Assembly (NCBI GenBank): GCA_951406725.2
Contig: OX597815.1
Span: forward strand, 169,012,001 to 169,076,000
Source of the DNA: Octopus vulgaris
Lineage: Eukaryota
Length of the DNA: 64,000 nt
Direction: 5' to 3'
Numbering within the stretch: the first letter of the stretch is position 1; every line of letters starts with the position of its first letter. Position numbers and translations under genes: made by a program. This document shows, piece by piece, positions 1-12,249 of the stretch. The notes under the pieces are model-generated. The model worked only from the letters and a program-made list of their open reading frames with translations, made no database searches and had not been told where the DNA came from.

Positions 1-577
1 CCTCTTATCCGATATTTCCTTCCCTTTTCAAGATGGAACGGCATACTTTTATGAAGATTTTAGCTTTTAGGAAGATTATAGCAGGTTGAACGACGGTTTA
101 GAGCAATGGTTCTCAATACTTTTGACTTCGTTGCATACTGAAGATCGAACAAAAAAGTCACTGGTACATAGAAATTTAAAACTTACTGGCGCACTTCATA
201 TAAAATGTTTAGGCGTAGCAAGAAATTTTCTTCCCAACTACATAGTTCCGGGTGCAGTCCCACTGCGTGGTACCTTGGACAAGTAACTTCTACTATAGCT
301 CCGGGCTGACCAAAGCCCTGTGAGTGGATGTGGTAGACAGAAATTGAAAGAAACCTGTCATGTGTGTTTGTCCTCACCACCACCACTTGACACACCGGTG
401 TTGGTTTGTTTACGTCCACGCATTATATCGATTCGGTACTTATTCTCTTGGTCTTTTTTTAAAGAGATCAAGAGAATAAGTACCAAACTTGAAAAAAAAG
501 AAGTACTAGGGTTGATTTGTTCGGCTAAACCCTTCAAAGCGATGCCCCAATATGGCCGTAGTTCAATGACAAACAAA

Positions 578-954
578 TCTCTATATATAAAGCTGAAGTT
601 GTCTGTGTATGGCAGATTTGGTAGCCTTCAACTAACACTATCTCCTCCGAGACCCTGCGGCGCAAGTTGACAAAAATTGAGAGTATGATAGAAGAAGGCT
701 TGCTCTTCCTTCTGTAGAAGAAAAAATTCAAATCGGACCATGTTAACACCAAAAATTATTTACATCAAAAAGGTGATTTTTTCTCTATGAAAATCCCTAT
801 TTTTTACGATTTTTTGACTGCTGTGTCGCCATTTTTTGAGGTATTTCAACCAGAAAAATGTTCACAAGCTACATAATGCAAAATTTTTACTTTTCAAAAA
901 TTCCAATTCTAAAGGGTCGAAACAAACCCGAGCAACGCCGAGCGATACTGCTAG
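578..954 (+). mobile_element. Non-autonomous Helitron, inserted into a SINE tail
   Basis: A|TC...CTAG|T termini and a GC-rich subterminal hairpin-like segment CCCGAGCAACGCCGAG. A second copy is at 50299-50670. Confidence 0.8.
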
Positions 955-1696
955 TAAAATATAGTTATAATTCAGAAAGAAAAAAAGAACATAGGAAAAT
1001 TATTGCTTGTTTTGTTCTATTAAGCATAGTTGTTGTATATAACAAAATTAGGGATAACTCGTTTTTCAAGATACCGAACCATTAGTATCGATTTCCTAAA
1101 GCCTTAAAATTGTATATTTTACTTCTTTGCCGCACCTTAAAATACTTTTTTCACTATATTGCTGTTGATTCATTGTGGTGCAAGTTGTTTTAAGGAGGGT
1201 GCAGTTTCAAATGCCGTGAAATTTGCTTGCAATAATGCATAAATAACCGGCTTAGTAACCTAACTGACTGGTAGTTGATTTAATTGAATTGGGTCAAAAT
1301 TGCTTTTCGATCATTTCTGTGTCTAACAGTGCTGGTTTCGATAAATTCGGAAAAACCCCAAACTGCGAATCTAATTATTAATAACATTAACCTCGGTGTT
1401 TAGTGTTTTCCGCAAATCCAGTATTAAGTAGATCACTTTTCATTGTTGAAAACCTCAGTCGAAATCCAGGCTGTGCTCATTCATACGCCCATGCGTTTTT
1501 TTACAATTGAAGAAAAAATGTACATGCATACATATTATATGTATGTTTGTACGAGTATCCTTCTACTTAATAATAATGAAATTATTGTATACAGTGCTCA
1601 GGTGCACTTGTTTATATATATATAAATACACACACTTCTACATGTTTATAAACACACACTTCTACTTGTTTACACACACATACACGCGCGCACGCA

Positions 1697-2036
1697 CTAG
1701 CTGAGTATCCCGTCGTCACCGGGCAAATTTCGCAATAGAATAACTTAGCGGGAATTTAAAACATTTTTGTCTCCATACCCTTACAAATGACGAGGAGCTT
1801 TTTATGGAGAAAAAAAATTTGGAAACACTTCTGGACCGATTTTGTTCGATTTTTTTTTCGCCTCTACACTTAAAAACGATGGGAGAAGCCGTGAGGGTAA
1901 AAAAAAAAGACATTTGATATTGGCGATCAGCATTACAATCTCCACTTCCTTTATTTTTAAACAGAAAATGAAACATAATTTTAAAAAAAAAACAATATTT
2001 TTTAAGCAACAACAAAAAAAAAATGTAATTTAAAGA
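1697..2036 (-). mobile_element. Non-autonomous Helitron candidate
   Basis: CTAG end with hairpin CCCGTCGTCACCGGG. Possible 5' TC at 2035-2036. Confidence 0.5.
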
Positions 2037-2791
2037 TTTACCCCTTCCCCATCAAGCGATTGATGTGCGTGTGTGTGCGTGTGTGTGTGTGTGTGTAAGA
2101 AAAAAGATTTACTGAGAGAAAAGGGTACTACTGAAGAAGAGTGGTCCCGGTGCGCGCACTCGCGTAGTCGCGCATCCGCGCTACCTAGTCGTGACTAGTC
2201 GATCCTAACTTTGTGCTTTTGTATTTTATTTACTTTGTTTAGAAAATTATTTACTCTGTGTTTTTGTGTTTTATTTACTTTGTGTAAAAAAAATATTTAG
2301 GTACTTGTCTATTGTCGTGGTCCCGGTTTCGCACACGCGAATTCGCGCGCGCGCGCCAGACGTAGGTACTCGATACTCGAGATCCTACGAGGTGACTTGC
2401 GCATGCGCAGTGCAGAATTCGCGCATGCGCATTAACCCCCCTAAAAAAAAAGGTGTTGGATTTCACTAAAAATATATATGTGTGTGTGTGTGTGTGTATA
2501 TATATAACATTTTCAATTTTACACAAAAAAATTACATAGTCGCTTTCCTCGCGGATTTACAGATAAATGAATTAATTACTATTTTACAGAATAAAATTAA
2601 TGAATTAATTATATAAATTAAATAATTCTTGAAAATTAATTAATATTAATAATATTTTTTGAACAAAGTAAATAATTTATAAAACTTGGTTAATAATTTT
2701 TTTTACACAAACGCGAACGTATATAATTTGTGAAACTTTTTTTTTTTACAGACGTATATAATTTGGTAAACTTAATGAATTAATTTCTTCT

Positions 2792-3210
2792 CATCATCAT
2801 CATCGTTTAACGTCCGTTCTCCATGCCAGCATGGGTTGGACGGTTCGACCGGGGATCTGGGAAGCCAGAAGGCTGCACCAGACTCCAGTCTTATCTGGCA
2901 ATGTTTCTACAGCTGGATGCCCTTCCTAACGCCAACCACTCCGAGAGTGTTGTGGGTGCTTTTTACATGCCACCCGCACAGGTGCCAGGCGAGGCTGGCA
3001 ACGGCCACGGTCGGATTGGTGCCAGTCGAGGCGGCTCTGGCATCGGCCACGATTCGGATAGTGCTTTTTACGTACCACCAGTCCAGGGGTCCTGGCATTT
3101 GCCGGGTGCCACACTTGCCCCAACATGTCTTCGCAAGCAAAGGGGGTTGGCGTGGGTGCCTGTCGTGGGATGAGGTTCGATATCAACTTCGCTTGCCTCA
3201 ACAGGTCTTT
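2792..3210 (-). mobile_element. RTE-tailed retroposon with (GAT)n tail, in left foldback arm
   Basis: Ends in ...GGACGTTAAACGATGATGATG on the minus strand, the same 3' end as many dispersed copies in the window. Confidence 0.8.
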
Positions 3211-4259
3211 GTGTATAAATGTATAAATTTTTCGCACTAAATTCTTTCCGTAGAATTTATCAAAAAACGCGCAAAATTATTCCGTAGAATTTATCAAATT
3301 AAAAAACGCAAAATTAATATATTTTTTGAAATTGCAAATTATTTAGAATATAAAACAAATGAAGTTAAATTTTAAAAATAAATGTCATATACTTATACTC
3401 TGTAAGGTGCTGTGTTCACACTTCAATTTACTATTTTCTAGAAATGTTGCTTTTCTAATTGAAACAATTTTTCTCAATCTCCATTTAAAAGTCCATCATG
3501 CCTCTTGAGCCATATCAAAATGAACAACTTTGAATTACGCGGCGGCGGTGGTGGTGTGAGGTTCTAATTTTTTTTTTTGATCTCTCTTTGCCCCCTCTTT
3601 ATCTCAGTTGTTCATTCCGCTAATATTTAGAAAAATTTTCGCGCCCAATTTTTGTTGTCGCGGGAAAAGATGAACGATTTAAAATAAATATATCTTAATT
3701 GTAGTGTGAGAAAGTATATATATTCTGATGACAAAATATATTATCTTTCAAAAACATCCCAAATTTATAGACTATATCGTGTAGGTTTAAGAAATATATA
3801 TATATATATATATAAGAGAATGAAACATCTTTCATCTGTCTCCCCACCACACCTCCATCTAGGGGGGCAAAAAGAGATCAGAAAAAAAAATTAGAACCTC
3901 ACACCACCACCACCACCACCACCGCCGCCGCGTAATTCAAAGTTGTTCATTTTGATATGGCTCAAGAGGCATTATGGACTTTTAAATGGAGATTGAGAAA
4001 AATTGTTTCAATTAGAAAAGCAACATTTCTAGAAAATAGTAAATTGAAGTGTGAACACAGCACCTTACAGAGTATAAGTATATGACATTTATTTTTAAAA
4101 TTTAACTTCATTTGTTTTATATTCTAAATAATTTGCAATTTCAAAAAATATATTAATTTTGCGTTTTTTAATTTGATAAATTCTACGGAATAATTTTGCG
4201 CGTTTTTTGATAAATTCTACGGAAAGAATTTAGTGCGAAAAATTTATACATTTATACAC

Positions 4260-4677
4260 AAAGACCTGTTGAGGCAAGCGAAGTTGATATCGAACCTCAT
4301 CCCACGACAGGCACCCATGCCAACCCCTTTGCTTGCGAAGACATGTTGGGGCAAGTGTGGCACCCGGCAAATGCCAGGACCCCTGGACTGGTGGTACGTA
4401 AAAAGCACTATCCGAATCGTGGCCGATGCCAGAGCCGCCTCGACTGGCACCAATCCGACCGTGGCCGTTGCCAGCCTCGCCTGGCACCTGTGCGGGTGGC
4501 ATGTAAAAAGCACCCACTACACTCTCGGAGTGGTTGGCGTTAGGAAGGGCATCCAGCTGTAGAAACATTGCCAGATAAGACTGGAGTCTGGTGCAGCCTT
4601 CTGGCTTCCCAGATCCCCGGTCGAACCGTCCAACCCATGCTGGCATGGAGAACGGACGTTAAACGATGATGATGATG
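4260..4677 (+). mobile_element. Mirror copy of the RTE-tailed retroposon, in right foldback arm
   Basis: Near-identical reverse complement of 2792-3210 at the equivalent arm position. Confidence 0.8.
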
Positions 4678-5569
4678 AGAAGAAATTAATTCATTAACTT
4701 TACCAAATTATATACGTCTGTAAAAAAAAAAAGTTTCACAAATTATATACGTTCGCGTTTGTGTAAAAAAAATTATTAACCAAGTTTTATAAATTATTTA
4801 CTTTGTTCAAAAAATATTATTAATATTAATTAATTTTCAAGAATTATTTAATTTATATAATTAATTCATTAATTTTATTCTGTAAAATAGTAATTAATTC
4901 ATTTATCTGTAAATCCGCGAGGAAAGCGACTATGTAATTTTTTTGTGTAAAATTGAAAATGTTATATATATACACACACACACACACACATATATATTTT
5001 TAGTGAAATCCAACACCTTTTTTTTTTAGGGGAGGGGTTAATGCGCATGCGCGAATTCTGCACTGCGCATGCGCAAGTCACCTCGTAGGATCTCGAGTAT
5101 CGAGTACCTACGTCTGGCGCGCGCGCGCGCGAATTCGCGTGTGCGAAACCGGGACCACGACAATAGACAAGTACCAATATTTATTTTGTGTTTTATTTAG
5201 TTTGCCAGGTAGTCGTTGTAGGATCGACTAGTTACAGCTAGCTAGTGCGGATGCGCGACTACGCGAGTGCGCGCACTGGGACCACTCTTCTTAAGTAATA
5301 CCCAGAAAAGTATTCTGTCCAATGAATTAGCTTTTACAGACCTTCTTTAAGTCACCTTGTCGCCTTAATGAAATTCTTTACACACATGAACACACTCATA
5401 CACGTACGCACACAGCGCGATGTACATATAGGGAAATATTGAGAGAGAGCGGGAAGCTTACAATAAGAAAAGCGAAATATGAAAGAGATAGACAAATAGA
5501 GTGATCTTTTCTGTTGCTTGTCACAGATACTGAAACTTTAAAAGCAAGTGAAAATTTTCAAATTTGGTA

Positions 5570-5940
5570 TATTACTCTTTACTCTTTTACTCTTTTACTT
5601 GACTGCGGCCATGCTGGAGCACCGCCTTTAATCGAGCAACTCGACCCCGGGACTTATTCTTTTGTAAGCCCAGTACTTATTCTATCGGTCTCTTTTGCCG
5701 AACCGCTAAGTAACGGGGACATAAACACACAGACACACAAACACACACACGCATATATATATATATACATATACACTACGGGCTTCTTTCAGTTTCCGTC
5801 TACCAAATCCACTCACAAGGCTTTGGTCGGCCCGAGGCAATAGTAGAAGACACTTGCCCAAGATGCCACGCAGTGGGACTGAACCCGGAACCATGTGGTT
5901 GGTAAACAAGGTACTTACCACACAGCCACTCCTGCGCCTA
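5570..5940 (-). mobile_element. tRNA-derived CORE-like SINE (family A)
   Basis: A box TGGCTGTGTGG, B box GGTTCAGTCCC, CORE-like CTTGGGCAAGTGTCTT, central (CA/TA)n and a (TAAAAGAG)n tail. About 20 copies in the window. Confidence 0.85.
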
Positions 5941-6404
5941 CATATTGATGTAGATTTTTGGGTTTTTTTCTTTTTTTTCGCTGAATCCGATTTTGTAATT
6001 TTAGAAATATGTTACAATCAAAAAACTGGATTTGGAAGCTAAACATTTTGTGCGCGATAGCTGTGTAACATAGAATGAAAGTAAATATTACAAAACGAAG
6101 TTTTAAACAAAACGAAAGCAATGCGCGAGAGATAATACAGAGAGAAAGAGAGAGCGAGAGAGTATGGTAAATATGTACAGAGAGAGGGAAAGGCGTAAAA
6201 GAGGGAAAAGAGAGAGCTTGATGGTTAGCAAGAGTAAGAGATTTGTCGGTTTAAAAATTGAGTCATTTCTCGTAGCAATTTATATTTTTTTGATTATTAT
6301 TTACGAACAACCTTCTCTTTGGAACACAGATTTCAAAACCAAATTCGTTTCAGAGCCTTTCAGGGGCGGGGGCTAAAGGCACATACATAACCACATATAC
6401 TCTC

Positions 6405-6582
<178 letters not shown>

Positions 6583-7619
6583 GTGGCACTGACGATTTCG
6601 AAATTCGAAAGAAACAAAACTACTGTTGCAAATAATATCGGTTTCAAATTTAGGCACAAGGCTAGCAGCAAGCTCGGGAAAGAGGGTAAGTAGATTACAT
6701 CGACTCCAGTGCGTAACTGGTACTTATTTTATCGACCCCGAAAGGATGAACGGCAAAGTCGACCTCGGCGGAACACGCATGTAAGTAATATTATATCGAG
6801 TTCCTCAAGGAACTTGGTCAGATATAGAGAAACCAGTCTTTCTTAAAGTCAGTAATGTAATTGTAACGCTTTCACGTGATTAGTTGAAGGGAAAGAGAGG
6901 AGAAAGAAAAGAGAACAAGGCGAAGAGGGAGAAAGAAGCGTGCTTGACGTGAGATAGAAGGAACGTAATATTTATTACGTGGTTAAAAAAGTTAGTTGAA
7001 GGTAGAGGAGGGGAGTTAAAAATATAATCTGAGCAGAGGGGTGATGTTCTGATGGTAAGGTTAAAGGAAGGCAGAGAGAAGAGGGGAGAGGTGGTGGTGG
7101 TGACTGGATAGTAAAAAGTGTATTTTTTAAAATTGAACTAAGGTTTTTTTTTATATCACTTATCTCTTAATGCATGCGCAAAAGTGCAATTCCATGAAAT
7201 ATTCACGCTTATTTACGTGGCAGATATATGGAATTTAACTAAAGGTTTATCATATGTACGGCGATATATATATATATTGTTTTGTTTAAGGGGAAAATGG
7301 GAAAATAAGAGTGAATATCTATTTTATGAGTGCTGTGTATTAAGCCTATAAAATTGCCCATAAAGTATATAAAGTGTATATATAAGGTGCATTAAGTAAT
7401 CATCGTATTCCAATTTCTTTCACTTTTCAGTGAGTAGCAAATGAGTCATTATCGTTCCATATAGACACAACACAGTCTACGCTTTCAGTTTTTCTTTTCT
7501 TTCTTTTTTTTTGATAAAGTTTTCAGAAATAACCCAATAGGTTTATATTCACGGATCCCGCTAGTGTTGATAAATTCATTTTTAAAAAAACCAGTTTAGT
7601 CATTTAAAAACATATGAAA

Positions 7620-8175
7620 TCTGTTAATTTACTTACTGTGGCGTCAGAATTTTCGTCGCTGCTCAACTGAGACCTGATCACACAGCGCTCCACTGATTTA
7701 AAATAATGGTTTCTCCAATTAAAGATTCCAGGAATGCCGATTCCGAAGTTCTATTTTCTCAGAGTTAGTCCCTCGTAGATTCTCGTTGTCTCTCCAATGT
7801 TTTGACGACCTAATTTTCAGGAAACTCGAATGTTTGCTTGGTCATTGTCAGACTCTTTCCAGAGTCCCGCAACCAGGCTGCTTTGCCCAGGCGGTTAATG
7901 GGAGAGTCACTGCTTCCGTAGCCGAACGGAACAAAACCCTGAAGTATAGGGACCTGGCGATGAACTATCTCTTCCAGTCTAGTCTGTGGCGTTTTGAGGA
8001 GCTGGGCTGCTAAAGACGAAGTTCTTGCCATTGTTGGTGGCTCGCCTTACCGAGGGTGCTTGGCTTTTCCAACACCTTAGCCTCGCCATCACCCGTGGTA
8101 ATGCCACGAGCGTGTTGGCTTGTTTCAGTAGGTTCGGGTGTGGGACCAAATAAAGCACTTGGTGCTGCATTGATA
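7620..8175 (+). mobile_element. Short deletion derivative of the CRE-like element
   Basis: Homologous to 13350-13510 and 14230-14500 (DDLIFRKLECLL, AERNKTLKYRDL), joined by deletions. Confidence 0.8.
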
Positions 8176-8329
8176 TCTTTTTTCTTCTTTATCTTTCTCC
8201 TTTTTTTTTTTGTTTTTCGTTTGTATAAATTATTCAATGAAATATTTCATTCTATACGCATTCAATAAATTAATCGATATATATTATTTTTATTTTTTAC
8301 ATTGTTTGTGTAAGAAGCCATCGATATAT

Positions 8330-10265
8330 ACTCTTTTATTCTGTTACGTGTTTCAGTCATTTGACTGCAGCCATGCTGGAGTACCGCCTTTATAGTCGAA
8401 CAAATCGACCCCAGAGCTTATTCTTTGTAAGCCTAGTATTTATTCTATCGGGTCTCTTTTGCCGAACCGCTAAGTTACGGAGATCTAAAGGGGTGAACTT
8501 GGCCCTGAAATGGGGGCTGCACACAATTGAGATCCGGACGGATTCAGCCACTGTGCTTGGCTGGGTAGGATCGGTGATCACCGGTGAAAAGAGAGTGCGG
8601 ACGAAAGGTGCCGCGGAGATGTTAGTGAAGCGCCGTCTAGGAGTTCTAGGTGAATTGATCGCCGAGTTCGGACTGAAGCTGAATGTGGTTTTCGTGCCTT
8701 CGGAGAAAACAGGGCGGACGCACTGACCAGGGTGAAACGAGCGTGGTTGGAAGAACCGGAGGAGGCCCGGAAAGGGATAGCTGCGACGTGTCGGTTGGAT
8801 GACTCCGAACTGAAGAGACTGCACACTATGCATCACCTGGGTGTGGACAGGACCCTGTATCTGGCGAAGAAAATTGATGCTGACGTCACTAGGAGAAGCA
8901 TCCGGAAGGTGGTCGGGAGCTGCGACAGGTGTCAGTCCATCGACCCTGCTCCGTGTGGGCATGAACAGGGAAGCCTTTCGGTGGAGCAGAACTGGAAAAG
9001 GCTAGCTGTGGATGTGACGCACTACCGTCAGGGAATGTACCTCTCCATGGTCGACTGCGTGCCAGGCCGGCTGGCCATTTGGAGGGAGTTAAGAACGGGC
9101 ATTGCTGATGAGATCGCGTAGATCCTGAACGGGATATTTTTAGAGAGAGGTCCCGTGGAAGAACTACTGATGGACAACGGGGCGGCGTTTCGTTCGGAAG
9201 CATTGAGGGTTATGCTTGATCGGTGGAATGTGCGTCGCTTGTTCAGAGCAACGTATAGGCCGAGCGGTAACGGGATCGTGGAGAGGCACCATCGGACAGT
9301 CAAGGCCATAGCGGAAAGAGGGCACATTTCGCCGCTTGAAGCAGTTTTTTGGTACAACTTGTCTCCCCGATCCGGACAAGCTGAGGAATCTGTGCCGCAG
9401 AGAGCTGTGTTCAAATATGAATGGAGGCACCCGAGCAAAGCGCCGGAGGGTCACGAGGAAGAGAAGGGACCCGTTCGCGTGAAAATAGTGAGGAAGTCTG
9501 AGTTAAGCCACCAAAGGCGCGCTGTACGTCTCAATGGAGTAGAGGAAGGGTGACGGCGGTCAATTCCAGAAACAACGTATCCGTGGATGGAATGCCGCGA
9601 CACGTCTTGGACCTTCGTAGGATTGTCGCTTCGACGGACGACGATTCTGGAGAGGGGGAGAACGAGGTGCCCAGCTTGAGAAGATCCCTCCCGGTTGCAT
9701 GGTGGACTACGACATGGAACGGAGAGATTGTGATCTTTAAGATCAGGGTGGCGTGTGGGATGACGTCAGCAGCTGGGTGCGTTGACCGGAAGCTGGGGCA
9801 ATCGGAAGGGTCAGCAGTGAGGCGTGCGCATCAGCGGGGATTTCGGCCTTTCCAACGTGGGTCATCGAGGTGTTAAGACGTGTGAAGACGTTGCTAAGGT
9901 TGGGTGAAGCAGCTGCTATCTTTAGCGTTCGGGTCGGGGCTGTGACGAAGGATTCGTTACCACTGAAGGGTCTCTATCGGAGCGAAGAGAAGGTAGGTGC
10001 CTTTATATATCAACTATTTCGCACACACCACACTAAACACACCAGCATCGGTTGTCAAGCAATGCTGGCGGGACAAACAGACACACAAACATATATATAC
10101 AACGGGCTTCTTCCAGTTTCCGTCTACTAAATCCACTCACAAGGCTTTGGTCGGCCCGAGGCTGTAGTAGAAGACACTTGCCCAAGGTGCCACGCAGTGG
10201 AACTGAACCCGAAACCATGTTGTTAGTAAGCAAGCTACTTACTACACAGCCACTCCTACGCCTAT
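8330..10265 (-). mobile_element. Family A SINE split by the Gypsy fragment (8330-8480 and 10034-10265)
   Basis: The two halves join at TAAGTTACGG / TAAACACACCAGC, with only a few bases missing. Confidence 0.8.
8482..10032 (+). mobile_element. Gypsy/Ty3 LTR retrotransposon 3' fragment (RNase H end, integrase, PPT, 3' LTR); disabled
   Basis: RNase H-like IEIRTDSATVLGWV; integrase HHCC (HTMHHLG...CDRC) and D (AVDVT), D (MDNGAAF), E (GNGIVERHHRT); stop and frameshifts. LTR TGTGG...CCACA at 9754-10032 follows a purine-rich tract. Confidence 0.9.
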
Positions 10266-11006
10266 ATATATTTTTATTTCATTTTTTACATCAGAAGCTA
10301 AATTGTTTGTGTAGGAAGCCATCGACACCAAAAGGTGATACTTCTCAAATTTCTTTCAACTTCCACTATTGGTATTCTGCCAATGTTCCTATTATTATTT
10401 TTATTATTTCTTGAGGTCGGTTACCCGGTTTCTATGGCGAGATCGAGATCATAACACTCGCTTTGAAGGGGACACTAGTTCGTTGCAGGGTTCGAAGCCA
10501 ACTTTGAGAAGAGAGGACTTTTACATCGACTCCAGTGCTTCACTGGGACTTTATTTTATCCACCCCGAAGGGATAACAAAGTTGACCTCGGTGGGATTTG
10601 AACTCAGAACGTAAAGGGCCGGTTAATTGCCGCTAAACATTTTGTCCAATGTGCTAACGATAACGCCAGCTTGTTGCTTTTCTTTTAATATACGTATACG
10701 TAATATAAGGATTGAGTAATTTAGTTCCGAGTACAATCTTGCTGCAGGCGACTACTTGCCACAGCACCGACCTAATATAAGCGAATATTTAACGCATCAC
10801 CGCCTGACTTTAGTTATTGACCCAACCCTTTTCTCATGACTCCTGTAAAATCCAAACACGTCTTTGCTAGATATACCAGTTGAAATTTGACTTTATATTC
10901 CGATTTGTATTTGAAGTGTTGCAACTGTGACTACGAAGCAGTTCATCATATTACATTTATTTCTTTTTTGCTAATATTTAAACAAGACAAATAAACTTTA
11001 ATATGT

Positions 11007-11052
<46 letters not shown>

Positions 11053-11106
11053 ACACATCACACATACACAGATGCATCAATCGAACCCTTATAAACAGCC
11101 CCCTTT

Positions 11107-11282
11107 GGGGTACTACTTAAGAAGAGTGGTCCCGGTGAGCGCATCCGCGCTAGCTAGTCGTGACTAGTCGATCCTACAACTACTACCTAGCAAAGTAAAT
11201 AAAACACAAAGTAAGGATCGACTAGTCACGACTAGCTTGTGCGAGTGCGCGCACCGGGACCACTCTTCTTAAGAAGTACCCC
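11107..11282. mobile_element. Intact short Merlin-like MITE (same family as 2124-5302, opposite orientation)
   Basis: TIR GGTACTACTTAAGAAGAGTGGTCCCGG/CCGGGACCACTCTTCTTAAGAAGTACC, flanked by the 8-bp direct repeat CCCCCTTT. Confidence 0.85.
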
Positions 11283-12249
11283 CCCCCTTTGGTCCCTACA
11301 ACCTATATAAAACTTTCCACCGCCTCCAGAGGTCGTGGGGTGGTACCTCCCACTTTGTGAAGCACTGATTTAGAGGAAAGCTTTTATATGATCACAGAGT
11401 AGTTGAGTTCTAATGATGGAAATTAATTTTTTATTGCATGTGTTCAGTGAAAGCTGAAGAAACATATTAAATGAAATAGTCTTATCAAAGAAGAGCGTTA
11501 TAGTTTGCTTGAAATATTTTGATATAGAAGTAAATTGAATAATGAAGACAGAGGGGTTTTTGCGATACGAAAGAAAAGTTAAATAACCTTTATATGTGTC
11601 AGGCATAAAGGCCCACCAGAAATGGATGGCTTAAAGAAATAAAAGTTTACGTAGATTCTGTTATTTTGATTGCTGTTTATTAAAATTAAGAATATGATTC
11701 TCGTCAATTAAGGCAAACAATAGGTTTTCTAAAATTTACAAATTTCAGAAAAGCCCAATGTTTTATTTCATTTTCAGAACTATAAATGTACTGCCTTCTT
11801 AAATTTCTTTCAATTCTTAGCACGTAAAAATAATTTCAAATTGTTTTCCAGAGATTTAAAAAATATATATGTATTGAATGAAATTTTTGCAATCTCTTGC
11901 TTATTTGAAATTTGAAATAGTTTAAGAAAAAAAAAAAGAAAGAAAGAGTGGAACATTGTTAATTATAAAATCAGAAAGAATATTATTAAAAAGTTCCTCT
12001 CGTTTCCTACACAAATGCAAGAACAAAAAGATTAAGGCCAGTTAACGCGAACTAATTTATAAGCATTTAAAATTTTTGTATAAATTCGTAGAAATGCTAG
12101 CTCACCTTTAAACTGTATTCTCTGCACCCGTACAAGTCGTTATTTGAAGACCATCAAATGTCAGTTGTGTAGTCGAAGTTACCACATGAGCTACGTCGGT
12201 ATTATTAAGGTTCAAGTCGAAAGTTTTTCTATCTGAACATGCAACCGAT

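Larger units (their letters stand above)
2300..5175. mobile_element. Inner Merlin-like foldback element with ~1.3 kb inverted arms
   Basis: Termini GGTACTTGTCTATTG...CAATAGACAAGTACC. Perfect 8-bp TSD AATATTTA at 2292-2299 and 5176-5183. Arms at ~2300-3596 and ~3861-5175 flank a ~265-bp non-coding spacer. Confidence 0.9.
2124..5302. mobile_element. Outer Merlin-like MITE, split by a nested foldback element
   Basis: ~85-bp TIR GGTACTACTGAAGAAGAGTGGTCCCGGTGCGCGC.../...GGGACCACTCTTCTTAAGTAATACC. TSD gagaaaag/cagaaaag (7/8). GGNRM termini and 8-bp TSD fit the Merlin superfamily. Confidence 0.8.

Noticed and set aside
2823-4646. Mirror-image ORFs (116 aa and 138 aa) as duplicated genes
   Set aside because: They are antisense readings of a retroposon within the inverted arms and differ by a frameshift.
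2300-5175. The giant palindrome as an assembly or fold-back read artefact
   Set aside because: It is bounded by a perfect 8-bp TSD and transposon-type termini, has a unique spacer, and the arms differ by substitutions as well as indels. Read support is still worth checking.
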